From contig NC_086097.1 of NCBI RefSeq assembly GCF_963921235.1, forward strand, positions 108,316,001-108,380,000: a DNA stretch of 64,000 nucleotides. The letters run 5' to 3'. This document shows positions 12,988 through 25,024 of the stretch, piece by piece. Origin of the DNA: Mobula hypostoma (Eukaryota). Within the stretch, counting starts at the first letter, position 1. Each line of letters begins with the position of its first letter. Under the pieces are notes generated by a model. That model did not search any database. It was given only the letters and a program-made list of their open reading frames with translations, and had not been told where the DNA came from. A program made the position numbers and the translations under genes.

Positions 12988-13900
12988 AATGATGACACTC
13001 CACAGCCACAGGTAGGAAGAATGGACAGCATTTAGGTTTGGGCTGATCACTAGACAGACACATTGGAGCAGGCGATTATCTCTATCATGACAGAATTCAA
13101 ACACTAGTCAGCAGTATTACCATCTCCAAATCCTGCACCATTGACCAGAACCTAAACTGGCTCCCTCAGATAAATATTGTAGCTACAAGGGGTTAGAGGC
13201 CAGGAATTCTTTAATGACAGAATCAAAGCATCTGCAAAGCACAGTTCAGGATCTGTAAGAGGGTCAACACTCATGAAGATCCTCAGTTCTCATACAACGC
13301 AGCTCATCCATCCCTTTCAACATTTACACCCTCCAGCACTGACTGACGTAGCTGCACATAGTCCAGTGCAACAATCCTAGTTTACAGCCTCCAACACTTA
13401 CGATACAAGCACAAAGGAACATTGCTTCCCGCCAAACCACACACCATCCTGACTTGGTCAGAGACGACTGTTTTTTCAAAATCTTGGCACCGGCACTCCA
13501 TCATTTGGCGCTGTGAAGTACTTTCACCACGTGGTTGGCAACGATTGAAGACGGCAGTTTAGCCCCACCTTTTTTTGTGATGTGCAGTGAAATTGTCCTC
13601 ATGCTTTTTATGCATGAATAGAGCATTTTTCTAAAGTTAAAATATTACGAAGGAAATCCCCAAAAAAAACAATGTGTATCTGGTTCCAAGTAAAATTAAA
13701 CGTGCTGCAATTAAACAACGTGTAACCTGGCAGAGAATCTGTACGGGGCAGGCCTGATTGTACTGGGACCTGTGCAAAGCTGCAGTGACTTTAGGACGCG
13801 CTTATCTGGGTGTGAACATACAATGAAATGTACACACGTCGCTGCTTTGGTGAATCTCTCACCCCCACCCCACCCGCGCTGAGGTGTTCCCTGGGCGAAG

Positions 13901-13921
13901 ATGGCGGCAGTGAACTGGTAA
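13901..13921 (+). promoter_or_regulatory. Candidate uORF (MAAVNW*)
   Basis: AAGATGG strong Kozak context, 63 nt upstream of and in frame with the main ATG; stop at 13919-13921. Confidence 0.45.
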
Positions 13922-13963
13922 AGCTGAACCATTTCACTCCTCGCATACCAGCAGTCAGACAGC

Positions 13964-14120
13964 ATGGAGTATTTCAGCAGTTTTTCCGGCAGGGGGGCCC
14001 GCTTGCTGCGGGGGACTTCGAACAGACTCTGGGGTAGTTTGCGAGAGATTTATTTCCTGGATTCGGTTAAAGAAACGGACGCTGACGGGCAGGATCCCCA
14101 GCACGGAACCAGTTCCTTTG
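13964..14120 (+). CDS. OXR1: First coding exon of an OXR1 (oxidation resistance 1, TLDc family) isoform; partial CDS
   Basis: MEYFSSFSGRGARLLRGTSNRLWGSLREIYFLDSVKETDADGQDPQHGTSSF resembles the recalled mammalian OXR1 alternative N-terminus MDYLTTFTEKSGRLLRGTANRLLG...; Kozak AGCATGG; phase-1 donor G|GTGAGT at 14121; paralog NCOA7 not excluded. Confidence 0.78.
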
Positions 14121-14724
14121 GTGAGTAAGTTTGTTTGCAAACTTTGGGCCGAAGTTTGGACTCGTTCTGTTTTGCTTCTCAGACTCCTTACGGAAGTATC
14201 TGCAGCAGGGATGAGATCGGAACGTTTTAACACTATTCGAGCGGAAAACAAAATACAAAATCTGGGCTGTAACTGTCATTGCTTTTTTAAAAGGAAGTTA
14301 ACTAAAGTTGTTGAAAGACTCGGTGCGTCTCTACTCTCTTGAACTGAGCAAACGAACACGTCAGTTGCATGCCTGTGTTTGCATTTTCAGTTTGATTTTA
14401 AGTGAAGGCCGACTCCCTTCTGCCATGTGGCAATAATCACAGGTTCAAACAGTATTTGTGTTGAGGGATTCCAGTTTACGTAGGCTCGCTGGCCAGAGAG
14501 GGTGAGGGAATGAACTCCAGTACATCTCCGGGCGGTGCATGAATTCAAACCTTTGCAGATCTAAAATAAGGTCTGAACGCGCTGGGAACACTCAGCAGGT
14601 GCTGAATGGAGCCTGACCCGCCGAGTGTTTCTGCGTTTCTTTGGGATTTCGTGCACAAACTGCTGAATCTGAAAGTCCGAGATTAGCAGGGTGTCGGGCT
14701 GTTTAAACGCTCCTTGGCAGGACT

Positions 14725-14872
14725 TAGTCTCGCTCAGTCTTGATGAAGGGTCCCTGCCCGAAACGTTGACTGTTTATTCCTTTCCATGGATGCCGCCTGA
14801 CCTGCCGAGTTGCTCCAGCATTTTGTATGTATTGCCTTGGGCTTCCAGCATCTGCAGGTTTTCTCGTGGTTG
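14725..14872 (+). mobile_element. Short PLE 3' fragment
   Basis: Hammerhead motif followed by GATGCCGCCTGACCTGCCGAGTTGCTCCAGCATTTTG...GCATCTGCAG tail. Confidence 0.8.
14735..14772 (+). ncRNA. Minimal hammerhead motif (C3U core variant)
   Basis: CAGTC-TTGATGA-AGGG(TCCCTG)CCC-GAAA-CG-TT-GACTG; 5-bp stem I and ACGT palindrome intact. Confidence 0.6.
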
Positions 14873-14880
14873 TAATTTTA

Positions 14881-15295
14881 CATAGAAACATAGAAAATCT
14901 ACAGCACAGTACAGGCCCCTCGGCCCACAAAATTGTGCCGAACATGTCCCTACCTTAGAAATTACTAGGCTTACCCATAGCCCTCTATTTTTCTAAGCTC
15001 CATGCACCTATCTAAAAGTCTCTTAAAAGACCCTATCGTATCCGCCTCCACCACCGTTGCCGGCAGACCATTCCACGCACTCACCACTCTGAGTAAAAAA
15101 CTTACCCCTGACATCTCCTCTGTACCTACTCCCCAGCACCTTAAATCTGTGCCCTCTTGTGGCAACCATTTCAGCCCTGGGAAAAAGCCTCTGACTATCC
15201 ACACGATCAGTGCCTCTCATCATCTTATACACCTCTATCAGGTCACCTCTCATCCTCTGTCGCTCCAAGGAGAAAAGCCGAGTTCACTCAACCTA
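14881..15295 (-). mobile_element. CR1 3' fragment
   Basis: RMRGDLIEVYKMMRG.DRVD motif; CATAGAAA tail repeats. Confidence 0.9.
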
Positions 15296-16654
15296 TTGAA
15301 TAACAATTCCAAGATTTACGTCTTGGAATTGTTAGTCAATCCGCCCCTGCCCTGGGTCACGACCTGAGAGCCCATTAAGGAGGCAAATAGATTAGAGGCT
15401 TTTAAGAGATGTTTAGATAGGCACGTGAATATGAGGAAGATAGAGGGATATGGACATTGTGCAGGTAGGAAGAATTGGTTTTTTGGGATTTTTTGATTTA
15501 CTTTTGAGCTGGTTGGTGCAGCTTTGTGTGCCGGAGGGCCTGTTCCTGTGCTGTACTATTCTATGCTCTTAATTTCAGTGATACTCTTGGTCTGCAGGTT
15601 AGAAGATAATTCCAAAGTAACAGTGTAAAAATGCACAAATTTTAAACAAGGATATGTTACAGACCAGAAGACAACTTTTCAGTTGGAGGAACTTTTCAGA
15701 GCTTTTCGCTGGCACTAATTGACTTCAAAATAAAGTCCTCAGACTTTGGATTGGGAGGCAAAAGGTTCATTTTCTTAACTGACCCAAATCTGACCCAAGG
15801 GATGACAGGTCAGCAAGACTGGCCATTGTTACCTGATTTGGTAATGGCTGGCTGGTCCTTGGGGAGCACAGGCAGCAGGGTCAATGCAGGGTGACCTGTC
15901 CTGTTATTTCTCACAGCCTTTGGTCTGTCTAACTGTGTTTTAAATGTTGTTACTGTTTCAGCCTCAACCAGTTCCTGTGCAAGCTGGTTCCATACATCAC
16001 CACCTTCTATGTGAAGAAATTGTTCCTTTGGTTCCCTATGAACTTTTCCCCTCTCAACTTTACCTATGTCCTCCAGTTTTTAGTTTCCCTTCCCTGAGGA
16101 AAAGGCAGTGTACATTCACATTATCTATGCCCTTATGATTTAATACAAATCCAGAATGTTATTCCTCAGTCATCAGCACAAGGAAATAAAATCCGAACCT
16201 GCCCAGCCTTTCCATATAACTTAGAGTTGTGGCAAATCCCAATGTGAGTCTCATTCTGTCCAGCGTATCTGCAGCACCACTTTAACTGAGGTTTCGATTA
16301 GTTTCATTCCCTCTATCCGTATTCCTCATTCCCTCAGTTTAAATGTCTAATTCCCATCTGAAAGTTGCAATTGAATGTGCTTCTATTCAAGCAGAATATT
16401 GTAGACAGTAACTCAGTTCATCATCATTGCTTCTAGTTCTTTTGCCAAATGCCCAAAAGCTTGTCCTCCATTTAGAAATGCATCTAGCCCAGCATTCTCC
16501 TCTCCCCAATTCTGTGTCCTCCCCTCAGCATCCCCTGAACCCTATGAAGTATCCAACAGCATATCCTATCTTCCTCAGTCACCCCATCCCCTCTCCTCTT
16601 CCTGCACTTCCCTCCCCAGCCATTCCCCAGGCTCTCTGTCTCCCCCCCTCCCCA

Positions 16655-17395
16655 GATCATTTTTCCTGCAGGCATACTCAACATATCTATACAACAGTAA
16701 CTGTAAACAGGATCAATGAACAACAAACTGTGCAAATATAAATAAATAGCAATAAATAATGAAAGCATGAAATAACAAGATAAAGAGTCTTTAAAGTGAG
16801 ACCACTGGTTATGGGAACACCAGAAATAGAATGAGTGTAGCTATCTCCTTTTGTTTAAGAGCCTGATGGTTGAGGGGTAGTAACTGTTCTTGAACCTGCT
16901 GGTGTGAGTCCTGGGGCTCTTGTACCTTCTATGTGATGGCAGCAGCGAGAAAAGAACATGGCCTGGGTGGTAAGGAAATCTGATGATGGATGATGCTTTT
17001 CTTTGACGGTGTTTCATGTCAATGTGCTCAATGGTTGGGAGGGCTTTACCTGTGGTAGACTGGGCTGAATTCACTACCTTTTGTAGGATTTTCTGCTCAT
17101 AGACATTGGTGTTCCCGTACTAGGCTGTAATGCAGCCAGTCAACACACTTTCCACCACGCATCTGTAGAAGTTTGCCAAGGTTTTTGATGACATGCTGAA
17201 TCTCCGCAGATTCCTGAGGAAGTAGAGGCTGTGTCGTGTTTTCTTTGCAATTACATTTATACAATGTGTTCAGGACAGGTCCGCAGAGGTAGTGACACCC
17301 AGGAATTTAAAGTTGCTGACCCTCTCCACCTCTGACCCTCCAATGAGGACTGGCCCATGGACCTCTGGTTTCCCTCTCCTGAAGTCTACAATCAG
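16655..17395 (-). mobile_element. Rex1/Babar-type LINE 3' fragment
   Basis: HPGHVLFSLLPS.RRYKS.RTHTSRFKNSYYPSTIRLLN C-terminus. Confidence 0.8.
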
Positions 17396-17585
17396 GGTCT
17401 TAAAATAAAATGTGGCTGAAGAATTAAAGATTAGCTTTATTTGTCATATGTACATGAAAACATAGAGTGTAATGTGTTGTTTGTGCCATCGACCAACACA
17501 GTTGGAGGATTGTGCTGGTGGGCTGTGAACAAGTGTTTACGTGAACACAGCATTCCCACAACTTATCCTAACCCATGGAATAGAG

Positions 17586-18165
17586 AGAGGAGGAGCTAAC
17601 AATGGTGCCAGAGGGCGACTTCTTGCAATTCAAGCCACAAAACAGTTTAATTTCTTCACTCACAACACGCTGGAGGAACTCAGCAGGTTGAGCAGCATCC
17701 GTGGAAAAGATTGTTCGACGTTTCGGGCTGGAACCCTTCGTCAGGACAGGATGAAGGGTTCCGGCCGGAAACGTCGACCGATCTTTTCCACAGATGCTGC
17801 CCGACCTGCTGAGTTCCTCCAGTGTGTTGTGAGTGTTGCTTTGACCCCAGCATCTGCAGTTTAGTTTAATTTCTTCTCTTTTATGTCTTTTTCCTTTTTG
17901 TTGATGGGCTCCAGATCATGATCTCTTTGTGGGGCTTTGCACGGCTTGCATGGTGGGTTGGGGGGAGGGTTGATGCTTTTGCTGAAGCCAGTTAATGCTT
18001 TAGCTGCTGCCTGTGACGGGAAGAGGGAAGGGGCTTTTGTGTTGAAATGTTTTTCTGACGTTCATCCTTTGGGGTTTTTCTTCTGTTTTACGGATGTCTG
18101 CGAAGAGTAAGAATTTCTGGTTGTATACATTCTCTGATATTAAATTGAGCCTTTGAGCCATTGAG
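17586..18165 (+). mobile_element. Divergent member of the non-coding retroposon family
   Basis: 5' GAGCTAACAATGGTGCC..GCGACT; 3' TTCTCTGATATTAAATTGAGCC with short tandem tail. Confidence 0.6.
17658..17862. mobile_element. Short fold-back PLE insertion
   Basis: ~85-bp inverted arms centred near 17747; 14-bp TSD AGTTTAATTTCTTC at 17644-17657 and 17863-17876. Confidence 0.9.
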
Positions 18166-19589
18166 CCATGCACCTTTGGAACGTGGAGGAAACTGGAACC
18201 AGAGGTCACCAGGAGAACATACAAACTCCTCACAGACAGTCACGTGAATTGAACCCAGATCGCTGATACGGTAAAGTGTTTTCTAACTGCTGCACTACTG
18301 TACTGCCCGCAAGTTATTACCCACACAGATGGTATGGATCAGGTGGGTTGAGAGGTGCTGTATGTTTCTATGATTCTGGAGCTATGCCGGCAGATTTGAA
18401 AACTCCATCTGCTCCACCTTGTTAATGTAGGAGAAGGAAGGCAAGGAACTGTAGAGCCAGTTTGCCTGTCATTAGGGAAGTTCTGGAATTAATATTGAGA
18501 AGGCCCAGGTGGGTTAAGATAATCATAACATAATCAAACAGAGCCAGTGTGGTTTTATTAAAGGGAAATTACTTAATACATTAATTTGAGTTCTTTTGAG
18601 GTTGCGGAGAGCATTGTGAATAGAAAGGAAGGAAGCTAGTACACAGATGCAATGTATTTCGATTGCCCAAGGCAATTGATAAGATGCTACTTAACATTTT
18701 CCTACCTAAGAGCTTGTGGCTTTAGGCTGAGATATGGATAGAGGATTGGCTGGCTAAATACAAGATGCAGAGACAAAATAATTGAATTGTTTACAGATGG
18801 TCAAGCTGTAACTGATTATTGCCGAGGCCTCAGCTTTTGCAATAAATGTTACTGAATTAGATGTTGGACAGAGTGTTTTCTAGCCAGCTTTCCTGGTGAT
18901 ACAGAAGAAAAAATGTGGGAAGCAGATTTGTGAGGAGTATGGAAAGTCTGCAATGTTAGCTTTGTGGACTATGAAAACTGGTTTGAGATTCCAGGACAAA
19001 GTGGCACAATAAAAGATGAGTGGGTAAAAAATTGCAAATTGAATATAATACAGAAATTTAGAGGTTACCCTGTATGAGACCCATCATTGGTCAGGGCCGA
19101 CCATGGATGTTGCTTTTTAGGTGTCTGTGTGATACGCAAGCCAAGGCAGCAGAGTATGGAGAATAAGCTGTTGCTTATGCCAGTGGTCCCCAACCACTGG
19201 GCTGCGGACCAGTACCGGGCTGCAAAGCATGTGCTGTCGGGCCGCGAGGAAACAATATGATTTGGCGATATGAGTTAGCTGCACCTGTCCTCATTCCCTG
19301 TCACGCGCACTGTTAAGCTTGAACGCACGCAAGGTCATGACCCATGCGTGATCCATGTCAGCGTGGGAAGGAGATCAACTCCTCGAGCTTGCAAATGACG
19401 ACAGGCTGAAAAGTATGTTTGACAAAAAATCTCTGCCTGCATTCTGGATCAAAGTCAAGGCTGAATATCCTGAGATAGCTACGAAAGCACTGAAAACGTT
19501 GCTTCCATTTCCAACATATCTCTGCAATGAATGCAACGAAAACTAAATTGCGGAATAATAGATTGGACATAAGGAACCCCGTTTGAGTA

Positions 19590-20320
19590 CATAGAACATA
19601 GAACATAGAATAGTACAGCACAGTACGGGCCCTTCGGCCCACAATGTTGTGCCAACCCTCAAACCCTGCATCCCATATAAGCCCCCACCTTAAATTCCTC
19701 CATATACCTGTCTAGTAGTCTCTTAAACTTCACTAGTGTATCTGCCTCCACCACTGACTCAGGCAGTGCATTCCACGCACCAACCACTCTCTGAGTGAAA
19801 AACCTTCTTCTAATATCCCCCTTGAACTTCCCACCCCTTACTTTAAAGCCATGTCCTCTTGTATTGAGCAGTGGTGCCCTAGGGAAGAGGCGCTGGCTAT
19901 CCACTCTATCTATTCCTCTTATTATCTTGTACACCTCTATCATGTCTCCTCTCATCCTCCTCCTCTCCAAAGAGTAAAGCCCTAGCTCCCTTAATCTCTG
20001 ATCATAATGCATACTTTCTAAACCAGGTAGCATCCTGGTAAATCTCCTCTGTACCCTTTCTAATGCTTCCACGTCCTTCCTATAGTGAGGTGACCAGAAC
20101 TGGACACAGTACTCCAAGTGTGGCCTAACCAGAGTTTTATAGAGCTGCATCATTACATCGCGACTCTTAAACTCTATCCCTCGACTTATGAAAGCTAACG
20201 CTCCATAAGCTTTCTTAACTACCCTATCCACCTGTGAGGCAACTTTCAGGGATCTGTGGACATGTACCCCGAGATCCCTCTGCTCCTCCACACTACCAAG
20301 TATCCTGCCATTTACTTTGT
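19590..20320 (-). mobile_element. Young CR1 3' fragment inside the hAT transposase remnant
   Basis: Open frame with [15 protein letters not shown]; near-identical to 37185-38295. Confidence 0.93.
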
Positions 20321-20739
20321 CTCCCATCACCCCTCGATGGGACCGTCTTGTTGCAGGGAGACAAGCCCAGGGCTCCCACTGATTCAGCGATATTGATGCG
20401 TTGCAATGATTTTATATGTTCATACGGGGAAAATAAGTGGTGTGTGTTTAATATCCAAACGTTACTTAAAATGTTATGATGCTATTGACTTATAAGTGAC
20501 TTTTATAACCATATAACAATTACAGCACGGAAACAGGCCATCTCTGCCCTTCTAGTCCGTGCCGAACACTACTCTCACCTAGTCCCACCGACCTGCACTC
20601 AGCCCATAACCCTCCATTCCGTTCCTGTCCATATACCTATCCAATTTTTCTTTAAATGGTAATATCCAACCTGCCTCTACCACTTCTACTGGAAGTTCAT
20701 TCAACACTTACTTCAAGCTCCCCTGATAATTGACATATT

Positions 20740-21620
20740 GTCATAGTCATACTTTATTGATCCCGGGGGAAATTGGTTTTCGTTACAGTTGCACCATAAA
20801 TAATAAATAGCCATAGAACCATAAATAGTTAAATAGTAATATGTAAATTATACCAGTAAATTATGAAATAAGTCCAGGACCAGCCTATTGGCTCAGGGTG
20901 TCTGACCCTCCAAGGGAGGAGTTGTAAAGTTTGATGGCCACAGGCAGGAATGACTTCCTATGACGCTCTGTGTTGCATCTCGGTGGAATGTGTCTCTGGC
21001 TGAATGTACTCCTGTGCCCAACCAGTATAATTATGTAGTGGATGGGAGACATTGACCAAGATGGCTTGCAACTTAGACAGCATCCTCTTTTCAGACACCA
21101 CCGTGAGAGAGTCCAGTTCCATCCCCACAACATCACTGGCCTTACAAATGAGTTTGTTGATTCTGTTGGTGTCTGCTACTCTCAGCCTGCTGCCCCAGCA
21201 CACAACAGCAAACATGATAGCACTGGCCACTACAGACTCGTAGAACATCCTCAGCATCGTCCAGCAGATGTTAAAGGACTTCAATCTCCTCAGGAAATAG
21301 AGACGGCTCTGACCCTTCTTGTAGACAGCCTCAGTGTTCTTTGACCAGTCCAGTTTATTGTCAATTTGTATCCCTAGGTATTTGTAATCCTCCACCATGT
21401 CCACGCTGACCCCCTGGATGGAAACAGGGGTCATCGGTACCTTAGCTCTCCTCAGGTCTACCACCAGCTCCTTAGTCTTTTTCACATTAAGCTGCAGATA
21501 ATTCTGCTCACACCATGTGACAAAGTTTCCTACCGTAGCCCTGTACTCAGCCTCATCTCCCTTGCTGATGCATCCAACTATGGCAGAGTCATCCGAAAAC
21601 TTCTGAAGATGACAAGGCTC
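20740..21620 (-). mobile_element. Rex1/Babar-type LINE 3' fragment inside hAT
   Basis: LQKFSDDSAIVG, YKYLG..IDNKLDW, KKGQSRLYFLRRL. Confidence 0.9.
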
Positions 21621-22885
21621 ACTATATTCATGCGAGGAAAATATGTGCTGTGTGTTTAATATTAAATTTGTTAGATAAACCCTTTCAGAAATGAAATTGA
21701 GTGTATTAGCCACTTATCACCTATATTCCGGTCGTGATTAACACCCCCCCCAACGATTTGCAGAAAAAAACGGCACGTACACGCATGCGCACTGGTGCCC
21801 GTGCAAGGCTTCATGGTCATTGTAGTCTTTCTCGGGGTAAACCCAACGTATTTGACTGCTACTCTTGTCCGTTGGCAACCCTACCCCCCCCCCCACCCCA
21901 GGATCAGCCAGTCCGCAAGAATATTGTTAATATTAAACCAGTCCGCAGTGCAAAAAAAGGTTGGGGACCCCTGGCTTAGGCAACAGGCTCGCCTTTTCCA
22001 CGCAGCTGATGAATCCAAAGGAATGCCAGAGACTGATACAGTTTGACACCAGCGGCATTGCAGGAGTTACCAGTCAGTGTTGAACTCAGTATAGGACAGC
22101 CTTAGGGACGCCAGCTCCGTACTTTTCCTCAGGGTTTACTTCTGAATAGCTGCAAGGCAGCAGAGGTTTGAGATCAGAATTTTCCTTCTAGAGGAGCTGC
22201 CAACCACGGCTGATGAGCCCCATCTGCTTGAAGCGACTGGTTTTAAGGCACCAGTGACCTTCCTTTGCCCCTTCTGTCATTCGAAATGGTACCTCTGGGA
22301 AGGTCAGCAGCCGGACTTTGCCCCTTTTGTCAGTCAAAATGGTACAACTGGGCTGAGCCACACGTGAAGGTCAGGAGCCGGACTTGGTTGTCAGAGGCTA
22401 CTTGAGACGCACGCCATTGGGAGTGTTTAATAGGTAGTGGGAGTGTATCCCCACTACCACCTCAACTACAACAACCTTAAGGAACCACTCAGTTTGAAAG
22501 GAGCAGACAACTGTTTAAATGGAGAGTGACTAAAGAATGCAGCTATATTGAGATTTAGCAATTTTAGTATGTGAAACACAGAAAATTATAATGCAGATGC
22601 AGCCGTAAATGAGGAAGCAAATGGGAAGTTGGCCTTTATTGGAAGAGGGATGGATAATAGAAGTAATAAAGGCTTGCTATAAGTGTGCACAGATTTGTTT
22701 TCCTATCTTAATAATATTGGACTAGACCCAGACCAGAGAAGCTTCTTTAGTTTGACTCTTAGATTGAAGAAGTTGATATAAGGAAAGTTTGACTAAGTTA
22801 GGCATAAACTCATTTAGAAAACAGATAGCTATAGAAACATATGGGATTTTGTGGGGGCTTGACAAGGTAGATGCTGAGAAGATGT

Positions 22886-23380
22886 ACAGTGGCCACTGTG
22901 TTAGATACACCTGCTCATTAATACAATCATCTAATCATTCAATTATGTGGCAGCAACTCAATGCGTAACAGCATGCAGACATGGTCAAGAGGTTTAATTG
23001 TTGTTCAGACCAAACATCAGAATGGAGGAAGAAATGTGATCTAAGTGATTCTGACTGGGGAATTATTCTTGGTGCCGGATGGGATGGTTTGAGCATCTCA
23101 GAAACTGCTGATCTCCTGGGGTTTTCATGCACTGCAGTCTCTAGAGTTTACAGAGAATGGTGCAAAATACAGAACATATCTAGTGAGCAGCAGTTCTGTT
23201 GTGCGAAAACGCCTTGTTATTATTACAAGAGGTCAGAGGACAATGGCCAGCCTGGTTCAAGTTGACAGGAAGGTGACAGGAGCTCAGATAATCATGTGGT
23301 ACCACAGTGGTGTGCAGAAGAGGATCTTTGAATGCACAACATGTTGAACCCTGAAGGGGATGGGCTGCAGCAGCAGAAAC
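22886..23380 (+). mobile_element. Non-autonomous Tc1 element, same family as 10314-11125, partial
   Basis: CAGTGGCCAC end; KKCDLSD...SISETADLLGFS.TAVSRVYREW. Confidence 0.82.
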
Positions 23381-23749
23381 CAATTTCTGGCTGAATATGG
23401 AATACAGTGCTTCAGCCAGAAATTGGATCACTCAGCGTATTCACAGCGAAAATGCATCTTTGATTTATGGAATGTGGGAGATGGGTGAAGCCAAAGTCAG
23501 ATCAATCGTGTTCTTGTTGAACGGCAGATCAGACTTCAGAGGCCATGCCGGCTACTTCAGCTTCTGTCCTATGTTCTTATTGTGTAGATGAGTGGTCAGA
23601 GCATGTCATTTTGACACCCAAAACTAAACAATATGGTTCCGTTGTAGGCAGATATACCTGGTGTGAAGCTTGTGATAAGGGAATGGATTTTATGATTGGA
23701 TCAAACTTGATGGATTCTAGACATGAAGTAAGGGAGGTCAAAGGGTGGC

Positions 23750-24110
23750 TGAAGTAAGTTGCAGAGACTTGTAAAATTAGTTAGCTCCATTATGGGTACT
23801 AGCCTCTGTACTGTCCAAAATATCTTCAAGGAGCAGTGCCTTAGGAAGGTGACATCCATCATTAAGGATCTCCACCACCCAGGACATGCCCTCTTCACAA
23901 TGTTACTGTCAGGAAGGAGGTACAGAAGCCTGAAGGCACACGCTCAGTGATCCAGGAACAGCTTCTGCCCCTCTCTCATCGGATTTCTAAATGGACATTG
24001 AACTCTCACTATTTTTTTAAATTTCTGTTTTATTTGCACTACTTATTTTAACTCATCTATTTAATAGATCTATATATGCTTAATGTAATTCAATTTTTTC
24101 CCCTATATTT
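23750..24110 (+). mobile_element. Rex1/Babar-type LINE 3' end
   Basis: IIKDLHHPGHALFTMLLSGRRYRSLK. Confidence 0.78.
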
Positions 24111-24888
24111 ACGAAACCCCTTTTTACTGGCTGTCTCTATAGAGACACGGCTCATTAGCCACTGGACTCGGCATTGAGGAAACCACCTTTCTCAAACTCC
24201 ATATGTCTAGGGTCGGTATGATTTGCGTCCCACCAAAACCGAGAAGTTGGGATGTTTCAACCACCTGAACTCCGATCTGTGCAAACACTGTATAAAATTA
24301 CATGCTATTAGCCGTTGGCAAGAAATAAAAGATCGTACACTGCATACAACTATAAAGAAAGTATATTTACAAATTTCATCTTTATCGAACAGTTAGTAGG
24401 TAAAAGAAAAGGGAAAAAAAAGGGCCCATTACAGTTAACCCAGTCCAAGTGTGCACATAAGTTGGAGCTCATCTTGAAATTGTCCTTAACTCGTGCGCTG
24501 GACCACCTTCTGAATGTCACTTGAAATCCACCGTGAACAAACAGGCTCCCCCACAGGAGTATTGGTCTTTCCTCTTGGAAGCCATTCATCTGCAGAAAGC
24601 ACCTTGTGCAACAGGGATGGCATGCTCAGCCACCTTTCCTCCTGCCTTCTCCCAGCTCCCACCAAAAAGACCTCGACCCACACCAGTGTCCGTCACAAAA
24701 ACCTCTTCGCCAGCATTCTCTTGAACCTTCTCCCAATTCCACCACATAGCATTCCTAAGTTGAACAACATAGCCCCTTATCTTTAGCTCAAACCCAAACA
24801 TGCTAACAGCATAACAGACTGCTCTTAAAGAACTGCTAAAATGAATTACCCTACAGCAGAGAGTAAAAATCTTAACCAGGGCATTACA
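24110..24888. mobile_element. Possible decayed solo LTR within a LINE tail
   Basis: Ends ...GGGCATTACA with LTR-like composition; left TG terminus and TSD not clear. Confidence 0.4.
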
Positions 24889-25024
24889 TTTATTTAGCAT
24901 GTGTTTGATAGTACTGCTGCCATAAAGTTACCAAATTTCATGACATTTGCCAGTAATATTACACCTGATTCTGATAGATCCTTAGAAGGCACCAAAGAGA
25001 CGTAGCTGTAAGAAGAATAGATAC

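Larger units (their letters stand above)
13700..14700 (+). promoter_or_regulatory. CpG-enriched promoter / first-exon region with YY1-type motif AAGATGGCGGC (13898-13908)
   Basis: Non-repetitive sequence with visibly retained CpGs around the coding exon. Confidence 0.7.
17425..18310 (-). mobile_element. V-SINE-like element split by nested insertions
   Basis: Head/V-domain at 18170-18310 (GGAGAACATACAAACTCC); tail at 17425-17580 matches SINE 62873-63177. Confidence 0.65.
19181..21973 (+). mobile_element. Non-autonomous hAT (Charlie/Buster-type) transposon with nested LINEs
   Basis: TIRs CAGTGGTCCCCAACC/GGTTGGGGACCCCTG; 8-bp TSD GCTTATGC/GCTTAGGC with central TA; dimerisation-domain remnant LPAFWIKVKAEYPEIATKALKTLLPFPTYLC. 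Confidence 0.92.
19075..22485 (-). mobile_element. RTE/Vingi-like short retroposon split by the hAT element
   Basis: 19075-19180 resembles 42583-42744 and 38660-38900; minus-strand GGCAGCTCCTCTAGAAGGAAAATTCTGATCTCAAACC resembles RTE-clade 5' UTR motifs. Confidence 0.5.

Noticed and set aside
20958..21713. 251-aa ORF as a gene
   Set aside because: Frame starts in hAT sequence and runs into a truncated Rex-type RT fragment.
22004..22045. CTGATGA...GATAC as another hammerhead
   Set aside because: No GAAA core or convincing stems.
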